A stretch of 64,000 nucleotides of DNA. Origin: Hypanus sabinus (Eukaryota). The notes beneath the pieces were generated by a model. The model ran no database searches. It saw nothing but the letters and a program-made list of their open reading frames with translations, and was not told the DNA's origin. The stretch is from positions 24,676,001 through 24,740,000 of the forward strand of contig NC_082706.1 of NCBI RefSeq assembly GCF_030144855.1, written 5' to 3'. Made by a program: the position numbers and the translations under genes. This document shows, piece by piece, positions 37,336 through 51,210 of this stretch. The first letter of the stretch is position 1. Each line of letters opens with the position of its first letter.

Positions 37336-39827
37336 GGTGTAAGGGGCAGGAAGTATAAAGTAGTTTGGTGAACAATTGAGGAGGTTTGTAAGTGCATCTA
37401 GATTGATGAAATGAGTGGGCAGGGAGTTGACAGACAGTATTAAGTGGAAAAGTGTAAGATTATATGGAAAAGCGAAAAGGCAAATTAATATTTAAATGAA
37501 TGAAACTACAAAAAGCTGCAGTACAAAAGGAATGGGTGGTGATGTGGGTGTATTCCTGGTACGTGAAACACAATAAGCCAGCATGCAGGTACAACAAATA
37601 GCTGGGAAGGCAAATGGAATGTAGGCCTTTATTAAAAGTAGGGCAGTTATAAAGGTGACTGTACCTGCAGTACTGTGTGCAGTTTTGGTCCCTGTACTGA
37701 AGAACTGATACGCTTGCATTGGAGGCAGTGCTGAGACTAGGTTGATTTCTGGGATGAAGGGTTGACACATTTACTTAGAGACAGGCCTTTCTGTCATAAC
37801 GGGCCTAAACTGCCCAATTAACCTGCATGACTTTGCAAGGTGGGATGAAACTGTTGCGTTGGAGGAAGTCTGCGTGGCCACTGGGGAGAATGTACAAACC
37901 CCTTACGGATAGTGGTGGAGTTAAGCCCTGGTCACTGGCACTGCAGCAGCTTTATGTTAACCTGGCTGTCCCTGAAAGTAAGGTTGAGCCGTTTGGACCT
38001 ATAGCAGCAGTACAGGCAATCCTACTGAAACATTCAGGATTTGAGAGGTGCAAGTGAGTGAAGCTCAGAGGGATCTACATGTTCCAGTGTACAAAGCACA
38101 AAGGATTTAGCAGGCAGGACCGACAAACAGATTAACCTACGTGCCTGCGTGGGCAGCACGGCAGCGGGACGCTTAGCGTAACCACAGATCAGAAGTTGGG
38201 GGTTCATTTCCTGCTGCTGTTTGTAAAGATTCCATACATTCTCCCCGTGACCTTGCGGGTTTCATTCCCCCCCCAGGATTGCCAGTTTTGTCCCGCATTC
38301 CAAAGATGTATGAGTGAGGGTAAGTGAATTCTGGGCATGCTATATTGGTAGCAGAAGCACGCCAACACTTGCGGGCTGTCCACGCAATGCTCAGACTGTG
38401 CAGGCCCTTGATACAAATGACACATTTCACTGCATGTTTTGATGTTTGAAGTTCATGTGACAAATAAAGTTCATCTTTATCTTTATATAAGTTGGAGTTT
38501 AAGAACAGAAAGGTTTTGGTGAGGCCACATTTGGTGAGGCAACACAGAGTGCTGGTGAGGCCACATCTGGAACACTGCCCCCCCCCTCCCCCCCCGTTTT
38601 GGTCTCCATACCTAAAGAAGTACATACTGGCATTGAAGACAGTCTAAAGCAGAACCACTTGGTTAATTTCTGGGATGTCAGGGTTGTCCTAACAAGAAAG
38701 ACTAAGCATTTTGGGGTTGTATTCCTTGAAGTTCAGCAGAATGAGGGGCAAACATTCAAACAGGTAAGATCTTAAGGGGGTTCGATGGGGTAGATATTTT
38801 GCCTTTAGTGGGACAAAAGGGACATAGCTACAAAGTAAGAGGTGAGTCTTTTCAAACTGAGGTGTGCAGAAACCTCCGGGGTAAAATTCTGGAGAAACCT
38901 CTGAGTGAATTTCTGGAATTCTCTGCTCCTGGGGAGGTAGAGGCCATATCATTGGATCATATTTAAGATAGAGATAAATAAATATTTGACAGATCAAGGA
39001 ACTAAGGGTTATGGGGGAACTGACACAGAAGAGGAGCTGAGACCAGCATAGATCAGCCACAATCATATTGAATGGTGGGACAGAATTGAGGAGCAAAGCG
39101 GCCTAATCCTATTTCTAGTTTCTAATGTACTAGTGGGTAGACCCTACTGGCCTGAATATTTAGAATTCTCTTCCCCAGATCGGCGGGAGAGGGTGATAGT
39201 TGAATACATTCAAGGTGATGATTGACTGTTACTTAGCATAACCTGGTCACACAGTTCAGAAACAGGCCCTTCAGCCCACAAATCCGACCAACTAAAAAGC
39301 ACCCTTTGCACCAATTCCATAAAATTTTCCCTACATTCCCCTCAGTTCCTCCCAAATTCTACCACTTAGCGGCACACAAGGGTCAACTTAACGTGGCCAA
39401 TGAACCCACCAAACCACCTGACAGGGGGAATCCCACATAGCTCTGGGGTGAACGACGGACTCCACAGAGTCTGTATTAAGGGTCACAACTGAACCTGGTT
39501 GCTGGAACTATGAAATGGCAGCTCTGTTAGCTGCACCCCTTGCTTCAAGGGTTATCATGGAATGAAAGATATGGGGACAGAGCAGCTGAGCAGTGTTGAG
39601 GCCAAGACTGGATCAGCCACGTTCCTAGTGAATGAAGTCAGGCTAATCAGCTCCAAATGCCTCATACACTTCTGTAGTTTTTGACTCCATCAGATGATTT
39701 AATATGTGATAGATTGGTAGTCTGTTTCGTATCACTTCCCAGTGTTATTTCTATCCAATTTGCGAAGTCAAGATCGTTACTCCACCTTTGTACCTTTATA
39801 CTTCGTGTGATAGTACTGAGTCCTTAC

Positions 39828-39946
39828 CTCTTTGGTTGAACTCTCCACAAACGGACCTCCAAACATTGCTGCCATCCAGTCGCAGCTGGAGATCAGCAAG
39901 GGCTTATGGGCACAGATTGTTCCATCATCCATCTTAAACACCACAT
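39828..39946 (-). CDS. RHOBTB2: RHOBTB2 coding exon 5 (BTB2 start)
   Basis: TTTTAACAG|AT, (D)[42 protein letters not shown]|GTAAGG. 119 nt. Confidence 0.95.
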
Positions 39947-40124
39947 CTGTTAAAAAAACAACAACAACAGAAATGTTGACGGTGACATTGTCCTTTGAAT
40001 TGTGTAGAAAAACTTTTAACAGTTAACACCACACAAATATTTATGATAAATTAAGGAAGATTGCATCAATTCTCCTTGAATGGTTGCAATCAGCAACATA
40101 ATGGTGCTTAGGAGTCCCTTACGA

Positions 40125-40925
40125 TAAGGTCATAATGCCACAGGAGCAGAATTAGGCCATTCGGCCTATTCTGGGCATGCTATATTGGTAGCAGAAGCAC
40201 GCCAACACTTGCGGGCTGTCCACGCAATGCTCAGACTGTGCAGGTCCTTGAGACAAATGACACATTTCACTGCATGTTTTGATGTTTTGAAGTACATGTG
40301 ACAAATTAAGTTCATCTTTATCTTTAAGTTGGAGTTTAGGAATAGAAAGGTTTGTAATGGCTTTACAGAGTGTTGGTGAGGTCACATCTGGAATGCCCTC
40401 TATCATTCCATCATCGCTGATTTATTATCCTTCTCAACCCCATTCTACTGTCTTCCCTTTAACACCCCGACTAATCAAAAACCTATCACCATCGGCTTTA
40501 AGTATACTCAATGACTTGGCCTCCACAACAGTCTATGACAACAAACTCCACAGGTTCACTACCCTCTGGCTAACGAAACTCCTACTCATCTCTGTCCTAA
40601 ATGGACATCCCTCTAATCTGAGGCTGTGCCCTCTCATCTTTGACTTCCCCCCCCCCCCACTATAGGAAACATCCTCACTACATTCACTATATCTAGGCCT
40701 TTCACTATTTGATAGGTTTCAATGAGATCCTCACTCATTCTTCTAAACTCCAGTAAGTACAAACCAGGGCCAAATGCTCCTCATATGTTAACCCTTTCAT
40801 TCCCAGAATCATTCTCATGACACACCTCTGACCCTCCCCTCCCCAAAGCCAGTATATCTCTTCTTAGATAAGGGGCCCAAAACTGCTCACATTACTCCAT
40901 ATGCTCTGAGCAACACCTTATAATG
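40125..40925 (-). mobile_element. CR1 3' fragment carrying a templated insert at 40168-40393
   Basis: GGAGCAGAATTAGGCCATTCGGCC tail, CACCACCCTCTGGCTAA-type 3' region, GATAGGTTTCAATGAGATCC. Confidence 0.75.
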
Positions 40926-41749
40926 ATCTCTTAAACCTGCTTTACCACTCAATTAGATGACTGCTAATCTGATCTTCAGTCTTAATGTGACTTTTGCACT
41001 TGATCCCCACAACTGTTGACGTATAACTCTACAGTCCAAGCATCTTATAGCATTCCATAGATTCATCACCTTCTGGCTAAAGGTATTCTTCCTCATCTCT
41101 GTTCTAAAGGGACATCCTTGTATTCTGAGGCTGTGCCCTTGGTCCTGGATTTCCCTGCTGTTGGAAACAGTAGTTTCAGAACAGTAGTTCTTTCTTTCAC
41201 TACCACCTTCTCAAGGAGACCTACAGGTGGGCAATACATACTCTTTTTGCTATTGAAACACAGACCCTGAAAAAAAATCAGAACTGACAAGTTGACTTTC
41301 CCTAAACTGGATAGCTCAGTGCACAAAAACTTCCACCCAGAAAGTTTTTTTCTATGGAAAAAAGTACAGTTGATGCTTTCTATAGATAGATACTTTTTTC
41401 CATTGATGCAGCCTGGCCCGCAGAGTTCCTCCAGCATTTTGTCTGTGTTGCTCGGATTTTCAGCATCATCAGATTTTCTCTTGTTTGTGCCCAGAAGGTT
41501 TTGAATGATTCTTGGCAGTGCATCTGTGCCCAGTTTTGAGGAAAGTTGACACAATCGAAGATAATAGTTAGCCAACACACTTCTTTATAGATGACATGTT
41601 TCTCATTAACAAGCACAGTTTTGCAACCAGCGCCGGCTGGGTAAAATGCTTTGGAACAGTGTGTTCAAAGCTTTTGAATATGTTTGCATTGTTCTCTGCA
41701 AAGCAAGCCATGGTCTTTAATGAAAGCTCAGCTTGAAACTACTGACATT

Positions 41750-42556
41750 CAAGTGTATGCTCATGCATTTTGGCATAAGGGATAAAGGTATAAACTATTT
41801 TCTATACAGGAAGCAAATTCAAAAGTTGGAGGTAAAAAGGGACTTGGGGGTCCTAGTGCAGGATTCCCTAAAGTTTAACTTACAGGTTGAGTCGACGGTA
41901 GGAAAGGCAAATGGAATGTTGGCATTCATTTCGAGAGGACTAGAATATAAGGGTGTAATATTAAAGTATGTAATGCTGATACTTTATAAGGTACTGGTCA
42001 GACTGCACTTGGAGTATTGAGAGCAGTTTTGGGCCCTTATCTGAGAAGGGATATGGTGGTAATGGAGAGGGTCCAGAGGAGTTTCATAACAATGAGCCTG
42101 AGAATGAAATGTTGATGTATGAGGAGCATTTCATGGCTCTGGATCTATACTCTCTGGAGTTTAGAAAAATGAAGGGGGATCTCATTGAAACCTATAGAAT
42201 ATTGAAAGGCCTAGATAGAGTGGACATGGAAAGGACGTTTCCAATAGCAGGGAAGTCCAGGACCAAGGGTACAGCCTCAGAATACAAGGATGTTCCTTTA
42301 GAACTGAGATGAGGAAGAATATCTTTAGCCAGAGGGTGATGGATCTATGGAATTCATTGCAACAGATGGCTGTGGAAGCCAAATAATTGGGTATATTTAA
42401 AGCAGAGATTGATAGGTTCTTGATTAGTAAGTGCATCAAAGGCTGAGGGGGGAACACAGGAGAATAGGGGTTGAAAATAAATCAGCCATGGTGAATGGTG
42501 GAAGAGACTCGAGGGGCTGAATGTCCCAATTCTCTTCCTATGCCTTATGGTCTTAT
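41750..42556 (+). mobile_element. CR1 3' fragment
   Basis: RDLGVLVQDSLK...KANGMLAFISRGLEYK...LYSLEFRKMKGDLIETYRILKGLDRVD and a CTTATGGTCTTAT tail. Confidence 0.85.
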
Positions 42557-45500
42557 TCCGCTCAGATTGAACATCCACTGAATAAAATCCATTAGCCGAG
42601 GTCCCTCAGAATCTTGCTCTCTTCTTTAACTGCTTATCAATTATCTCTTTCATTCAATACTAACTACATCCACTCCTGCACTAATCCAGCCGCCTACTTT
42701 TATTAATGCCCCTTGCAGTAGATTACTTGGGCCATGCACTGTCTGAGCACTGTAGCCCACTCTATTCTTGTGGAACCTAATGGATATCACAAATCTGAAG
42801 TAACCTGTCTTTTTATACTTCCCCAAATCCAGTCAGTAGTTACAAACACTTACTTTTTTTAATGGTTTCAACTACAATCTGTTGACATCCTTGATTTAAT
42901 TATTTCCAACTTCAAATTACATTTCTTCTGTTAAAAGATCAGTTATTCATTTACCTCATCTAATTTCTTGCCCTCTTTAAAAGTATCGTCAGCTTTGGCT
43001 TTCACCCAGCTTCCTCAGTGAAGATTGTTCATAGCATTTGACTGCATCTGTACTCTGATGTATTTCAACCACAAGGTATTGATAGCGGTACATTGCAGAA
43101 TAAATTGGACAATATGGAAAAGAGACAGTGGGGACTTGCTCACTTGACTAAGTGAAAGCATCATGCAACTTTTATGCGACTAGCTCATTAATTACTGTAG
43201 TATTTAGCCAGTATTAACTGCACTGTTCTCACTGCATTCTCAGCTGGGAGCCCAACTTCTGGAAATGCTGGCATCAAATGAAGCTAACCTGACCTATTTA
43301 AAGCCAGCCTGCATCTCTTAAAGGAGTGGAATACTGTGGCTTTTAAACTCGTCGTTGAGAATCCAAAGCAACACCCACAAAATGCTGGAGCAACTCAGCA
43401 GGTCAGGCAGCATCCACGGGAAAGAGTTAATGAAGGTTCTTGGCCCGAAACATTGTCTGCTTTGCTCTTTTCCATTGATACTGCCTGACCTGCAGTGTTT
43501 TGTGTGTGTTGCTTTGGATTTCCAGCATCTGTGGATTTCCTCATGGTTTGGGAGAGAATACAATGACCTGGCTCAAGCACTCATTGAATAACCTGGAGGT
43601 AATGTGGCATGACGCTGTGCTAAAAGCACTGGTGTGATAGAGGAATTACCTTCCACCACAGAGCACCAGGTAGCCCATCACTCGGATGTTGAAAGGGAAA
43701 TGGTACAGAATAGTCTGAGGTAGCCCATGCACCAAGAATCTCGATGCAGCACCTCAAAAAGCTCAAGGAATTCATGAGCATTGATGCCACTAAATTTGGG
43801 CTTTTTAAAAAAAAGAACATTAGCACATTGTGCTCTGGCCTGACATTCATTCCATCATGGAGTGAGTGCCAGGAACAGAATACAATGTGCTAATGCTCCT
43901 GGGTTTGTTTAGGCCACCTGCAAAGGAGTGAATTTTTAGCAAATGACTTCACATGTGCAAGCAAGATTAGCAGATTTAAGTGCCATATCCCACTAAGTGC
44001 AATGCTCGCCTTGTGCCTTGTTCTGTGGATCAGACTGCCATCAGTCACCTAATAATTTCTATTATGTCAGAGAGCAGCTGGTATAGAAGCAGCCTTACAG
44101 CTAGCACAAATACCGCAAGCTTCTGGCACATCAGTCACTGTGGGCCTTACGAACTTCTGATAATTTTGGAAACACCAGATGCTTCTCAGACCAACATTCA
44201 CTGGAAATCAAATTGAAGTAATTAATTATGACAAAAGGTGGCACTGGACATTACCTCCAGCTCCACGAGGTTAGCATTCTTGACATTCTTAACTCACATA
44301 ATTGACTTGGCATCATGATGTACACTATTTGCATACATCTGCCAGACACAGGTCTTGCACACATTAAGGCATTAAGGCCTTCTGTCATTCAACGCATAGG
44401 AAACTTAGAGGCCAGTACGTTGTACACTGTTCTATAACCAGAAGTTCCAAGCAATGCATGCCTTGCTTGAATTTAGGCATAGTCAGTATGAGCTGTATCT
44501 TAATCCTGGTTGTATTTAAGTTCTGGTTCCACATTTGTAGATACCCCTGCTAACAAGAATTATTGAGTTCGATTTATGATTTGCAATTGACAGCCATGTT
44601 CAGAACCTTTGTACAGGGCAGTATCTCATATCCCTAGTTTCTTTTGTATGAAAGGCTTCCTAATATCTTAAACCCAGTAGTCTCTTTTTTTTAAGTCTCT
44701 CTCTTCTTCGGCCTCACACCATTCCCATCCCATCAATTAACTTCAGCCAGGAAGAAACTTTCCGCTGTCGAATGGGACATGTTTGTGATATTATTTACGA
44801 TAAGTTTCCATAAATTCTATCGCATTCCTTTATTTTCCCACAAATGCCTGCAAGAAAACGAATCTCAAGGTATTTAACTTTTAAAAGGGCAAGTACTGTA
44901 GTAATGAAATACGAATGGGCACCCACTATATTCTGTAATTGCAATTGGATAAGCAAAAGACAGATTTTTCCTCGTGTGCAGATTTCAGAGGGAAAAACTT
45001 TGAAAGCATGTTAAGAGTTATCACCAGTAGTAAAACGATTAGCTTTATTTGTCACATGTACATCAAAACAGAGTGAAACGTTCATTTGCTTCAAATCAAA
45101 TCAGCGAGGATTGTGCTGGGCAGCCCACAAATGTCGCCACACTTCTGGTGCCGATACAGCACTTCCACAACTTGTGAATCTTATCTGTATTTCTTTGGAA
45201 AGTAGGAAGAAACCAGAGCACTTGGAGGCAATCCATGCATTCATCGGGAGAACGTACAAACTCCTTAAAGCAGTGGCGGGAATTGAACCTGCATCGGTGA
45301 TGGCTGGCGCTGTAGTGGCGTTACAATAACCACTATGATCAGTAAACTGGTTTATTATTGTCATCTATACTAAGGTACGGTGAAGGACTTGCTTTACATG
45401 GAATCCAAATAGATCATTCTGTTACAACAGTGCATTGAGGAAGAACAAGGGAGAAAAATAACAAAATGCAGAATAAAGTGTTACAGAGACAGTGCAGGTA

Positions 45501-47869
45501 ATGTGGCCACTTCCGATTACAGAATACAGTGGGTGCCCATTCATATTGATCAGCACTGTACTTCACCACTACTTGCCCCTTTAAAGTGCCAGGGCCATAA
45601 CCAGGTTGATTTTGGGTTCAAGAGCCCATTTTATTGTATTAGGGGACTATATATATATTCGTCATATAGAGCCGTCCTTAAGGCTGGGGGCTATGTGCTT
45701 TCAGGCTTTTATGTCTTCTGCCCAATGGGAGAGCTGAGAAGAGGGATTGTGCACAGAGGGAGCAGCATTATTGTCAATAGTCCCACTGCGACTACAAAAC
45801 AATTATTTGAATTTACATTGCAATTTTAACAGCACCATTATCATGCAAAAATGTATGTGGGCCACTTAAGTAGGTACTTAGAACACAGTTTGAGTACTTC
45901 AAGAAAGAGCTAGCAGTAAATTATTATCAGGCAGCTGAAAGATTAAACACCAAGGATTAAGTGTTTAAAATTGGGGGTGCAAAGAATTGAAGGAGCAAAT
46001 AGATCTTATAGGTTTTTGCAGCTGATAGAACACACAGTGACATAAAGAAGCTGCGGAAGTATTTTAAAATTAGGAGATTTTAAAGCTAAGCTATGGCCGG
46101 ACTGTATCAGCAGTAAATTCAAAGGGTGTTGAGTGTACATGGTTTGGTGTATTTGAGGAGTCCATTTACTTTTTAAATATTTTGGGCAGCTATTTTTCCA
46201 AATCTGTCTTTAGGGTGTAAGCATGGAATACTGTGAATGAAACCTCAGAGAAAGAAAAGTTCAGCAAATTTCCCTTCACTTTCTAACTACTCATAATCCT
46301 TCACTAACATAAGAAAGAACTAATTGAATATGTGTGCGCTTATGTGTATAGAATTAAATTCACAGTGGACTTCACATGAACAGATTTCACGGAAATGCCT
46401 TCAGCACAATTCCTAGGCAGTGTCAATTCCCTAGGGAAAGAAAATGCAAAAGAGCTGATCCCAGATGAATCTTCCAAACATTTTATCAAATGGAAAAAGA
46501 CATATGAAATTTATTTGCAATCTCTTGAGACTTGTTGAGATCTGTTTACTGAAATCCTCAGCTGCCTGAAGCCTGAGGATTGGTGTCTATTCTTTTGAAC
46601 ACATGGGCTGCTCCCCAGCCAAGGATGATAGAAAACCACTGCGGCTTTAATTATATTTAAGTACATTCACCATATGCTACCTGTATGTAAATCAGAATAC
46701 ACCATCAACAGGTTATCTAATAACACTAGTTTGCCCATTAACGTATTATGTTATTATTATTCGCTCATTAATTCCCTCAAAATGTCCTCAGGCTATTATT
46801 CGCAATTTTTTACTGGAGAAAAAGTTACACAGAATTTTTGCTTGTGATGGAAGGAATGGCAAACTTCTGTGCTCGGCAAGTTGAGGAATAGAAGTGGTGG
46901 ACCATCATCCATAGAATTCACAGTAGACAAATTCAGTCCAATGCATCCATGCCTTGCGCTTCCCTCAGTCTCTGACTATGCACTATCATCACCCCCTTAC
47001 AATCTGTTCACCATCAAATATTTATCTAGTTTTCCGTTATAGTCATAGAGTCAAACAAGACGACAGCACAGAAATAAGCAAGCCCTTTGTAGTCCATGCA
47101 GAACTGTTATGTTTCATTCTGAAATGACTCAGAAGGATTCATTTATCTCAACTTAAGCAGAGATGTAGATATCATTGCAATCAGCCTCCTCTCCATGGAC
47201 TATATTCTTTGCTGTCTCACCCATTAATCACATTTCACATTATCAAAGACTCCACCCACCCTAGATACTCTCTCATCTCCCCTCTCCCATCAAGCAGAAG
47301 ATATAAAAGGCTGAAAGCACATAGCATCACACTCAAGGACAGATTCTACCCTATTTATATAAGACTATTAAGCAGATCTTATTGTAGTAAGTTGGGCTCT
47401 TGACCTCATAATCTACCCCGTTGTGTTCTTGCACTTTATGGCTTATCTGCACTGCATTTTCTTTGTAGCTCTTACACTTGCTATTAATTTACCTTGTTCT
47501 ACCTCAATGAACTGTGTAATGATTTGATCTGTATGAACAGTGTGCAAGACGAACTTTTCACTGTATCTTGGTACATGTCACGATAGTAAGAAAGCAAATA
47601 AACCGGTGACTGTTTCACCAGGCTCAACATTCTCTAGATAAGGAAGTTCTCGGGAAATTATTGGTGACGGTGTTGCAGTTACATCACGTGATGGAGGAAG
47701 AGATTCAAGGGTATGCTCAGAGCCTCCCTGTAGTACTGCAATGTCCCCACTGACTCCTGGGAACCTCTAGTCCATGGCTGCTCAAAGTGGAGAAGGTGCA
47801 ACTGGGGTAGAATTGAGAACCTCAAGTTGCAGAATCAGGGGCTCTGTGCAAAACTGGAACATTTTACAA

Positions 47870-48800
47870 GCAACCTACTGCTCTACTCTCGCTACACCCA
47901 TGACTGTGTGGCAAGGCACAGCTGAAATACCACCTATAAATTTGCTTATGATACAACTACTGTTGGCAGAATCTCAGATGGTGATGGGGGGGGGGGTACA
48001 GGAGCGAGATATACCAGCTAGCTGAGTGGTGTTGCAGCAACACTCAACATCAGTAAGACCAAAGAGCTGATTGTGCACTTCAGAAAGGGTAAGACAAGGG
48101 AACACAAACTAGTCCTCATTGAGGGATCAGAGGTGGAGAGAGTGAACAATTTCAAGTTCCTGGGTGTGTCGATATCTCTGAGGACCTAGCCTGGACCCAA
48201 CATACAAAGAAGGCAAAACAGCAGCTATATTTCATGGGGAGCTTGAGAAAATTTGGTTTGTCACCAAAAACATTCACAAATTTCTACAGATGTACCATGG
48301 AGAGTATTCTAACTGACTGCATCACCGTCTGGTATGGAGAGGGGGCTATTACAGAGGGTCAAAGTAAGCTGCAGAGTGTTAAAATTAGCTAGCTCCATCA
48401 TGGGTACTAGCCTCTGCAGTATCCAGTCATCTTTAAGGAACTGTGCCTCAGGAAGATAGAGTTCATTATTAAAGTTCTCTGCCACCCAGGACATGCCCTC
48501 TTCTCATTGTTACTGTCAGGTAGGAGGTATAGAAGCCTGAAGGCACACACTCAGCTATTTAGGAACAGTTTCTTCTCCTCTGCCATCCAATTTCTAAATT
48601 GACATTGAATCCATGAACACCACCTCACTACTTTCTTTTGTTTCCTAACTTTGCACTATTTATTTAATACAACTATTATAATATATATACACTTACTATA
48701 ATTCACAGTTTTCTTTTTCTCTCTTATGTATTGTATTGCAGTGCCACCACAAAGTTAGCAAATTTCACGACATATGCCGGTGGTATTAAACCTAATTAAT
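47870..48800 (+). mobile_element. Rex1/Babar LINE RT fragment
   Basis: LLYSRYTHDCVARHS...YKFAYDTT...GRISDG...NISKTKELIVHFRK...FKFLGV. Confidence 0.8.
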
Positions 48801-49781
48801 ATTACACATGAACATGCAGAGAATGCATGTATGTGGATGAGGTACAGACAAAAAGGATTGGTTTAATTCAGCATCGTGTTCAGTGCAGACACTGTGGGCC
48901 AAAGAAGCTATGTCTATACTATGTTTTAGTCAGACACTACACGCCCTCGTGAAAGTGTCATAGAGCCTGAAGCAAGAGTTAGAGTGGAAGTTCTTTAACT
49001 TCTCAGCCACCTTAACACATTGGTTCTTGCTCTCCAGTGATAAACATTTATTTAATGCTTTTTTTTGGACATTGAGATTCAAATCTTGCTGATAGGAAAG
49101 GTGCTTCCAATGCATAACAGGGCAAGTTTGGACTGACTGAGGTATAGCAACAAGGTAGGTTCTTTAGCTGTATGGAAATAAGTAACAATAAAACTTTGAC
49201 AATTCAGTACACGATTGTACAGAAATTACTCATTTGTGGAATGTCATTTTTATCTGTTACCATCCTTATTAAAGTTGCTATCTGCAGCTGCATGCACTTG
49301 TGAGATTGTCCGGGTGTATGGGCCAGATGTGTGGATGGGATTAGGGCAGACTTTTAATGCCATGGAACAATACCATTAAGTAAGGGATCCGTGGACCCCA
49401 GGTTGGAATCCCTGGATTAGAGACTTTGTAGGTTTTTGCCACAGCCAGAGTCCAGAAAGTAGGTGAGGGTCAGACAGCAAACTGTGGTTCAAAGAGGGTG
49501 GATGTTATACACTTTCTCCTCTTTCTCACAGCACCTTTAAATTCACGGGGTCCAGTTTCCTACATACTGTACTTTAAATTCATTGGATTCACTGGAAAAT
49601 TTATGTATCGTGTGATTAAGTGAAGTAACATCTTATTGTGTGGAAGATCTAGGTTCACGAGGTTGATTCCCGGGATGGCGGGACTGTCATATGTTGAAAG
49701 ATTGGAGTGACTGAGCTTGTATACACTGGAATTTAGAAGGAGGAGAGGGGATCTGATTGAAACGTATAAGATTATTAAGGG

Positions 49782-51210
49782 CAACACGAGTGAATCTGCA
49801 GATGCTGGAAATAAATAAAAACACAAAATGCTGGCAGAACTCAGCAGGCCAGACAGCATCTATGGGAGGAGGTAGTGACGACGTTTCGGGCTGAAACTCT
49901 TCATCAGGAGTGAAGTAACATGGGATGGTCAAGGGGGGATAAGAAGTGGTGGGGAGGGATGAAGTAGAGAGCAGGGAAGTGATAGGCTGGAGGGAAATGG
50001 GCTAGGAGGAAGGTGGAGAATTATGGGAAATAAAAGAGAAAGAAAGGTAGAGCTGGGGGGAGATTATAGTGAGGGGGGAAAAAGAGAAAGAGAACCAGAC
50101 TGAAATAATAGATAGGGATGGGGGTAAGGGGGGGGGGCAGGGGTATCAACGGAGGTCTGTGAGTTGGATGTTCATGCTGGCAGGTAGGAGGCTAGTCAGG
50201 CAGGAGATAAGATATTGCTCCATCGACCTGCGTGTGGCCTCATCTTGACGGTACAGGAGGCCATGGACAGACATGTCGGAGTGGGAGTGGTCTGTGGAAT
50301 TGAAGTGTGTGGCCACAGGGAGATCCCGCCACTGCTGGAGGACTGAGCGCCGGTGTTCGGCGAAGTGGTCCCCCGCACTCTCGGCTTTCCGTAGGGATCG
50401 CTCCCTACGTGACTCCCTTGTCGATTCCCCCCCCTCATCCCTCCACATCGACCTCTCTCTGGGCACTCATTCCTGCAAACGGAAAAAATGCTACACCTGC
50501 CCCCACACTTCTTCCCTCACCACCATCCCAGGCCCCAGACAGTCCTTTCAGGTGAGGCACTACTTCATCTGCGAGTCAACTGGGGTGATATACTGTATCC
50601 GGTGCTCCTGATGTGGCCATTTATACATTGGGGAGACCCACCGCAGACTGGGAGACCGTTTCGCCGAACACCGGCACTCAGTCCTCCAGCAGTGGTGGGA
50701 TCTCCCTGTGGCCACACACTTTAATTCCACAGACCACTCCCACTCCGATATGTCTGTCCATGGCCTCCTCTACCGTCAAGATGAGGCCGCGCGCAGGTCG
50801 ATGGAGCAATATCTTATCACCCGCCTAGGTAGCCTCCTACCTGCCGGCATGAACATCCAACTCACAGACCTCCGTTGATACCCCTGCCCCCTCTTACCCC
50901 CATCCCTATCTATTATTTCAGTCTGGTTCTCTTTCTCTCTCTTTTCCCCTCTCACTATAATCTCCCCCCAGCCCTACCTTTCTTTCTCTTTTATTTCCCA
51001 TAATTCTCCACCTTCCTCCTAGCCCATTTCCCTCCAACCTATCACTTCCCAGCTCTCTACTTTATCCCTCCCCCCACTTCTTATCCCCCCCCTCGACCAT
51101 CCCATGTTACTTCACTCCTGATGGAGGGTTTCGGCCCGAAACGTCGTCACTACCTCCTCCCATAGATGCTGTCTGGCCTGCTGAGTTCTGCCAGCATTTT
51201 GTGTTTTTAT
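49782..51210. mobile_element. Fold-back Penelope-like retroelement with ~560-bp inverted arms and a 15-bp TSD
   Basis: Arm ~49815-50372 is the reverse complement of ~50650-51210. TSD TAAGATTATTAAGGG at 49767-49781 and 51211-51225. Confidence 0.92.
50373..50878 (+). pseudogene. Penelope ORF C-terminus: CxxxxCxxC linker and GIY-YIG endonuclease with one in-frame stop
   Basis: AFRRDRSLRDSLV...CKRKKCYTC...FICESTGVIYCIRCS*CGHLYIGETHRRLGDRFAEH...PVATHFN...EQYLITRLGSLLPAGMN. TGA at 50609-50611. Confidence 0.88.
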
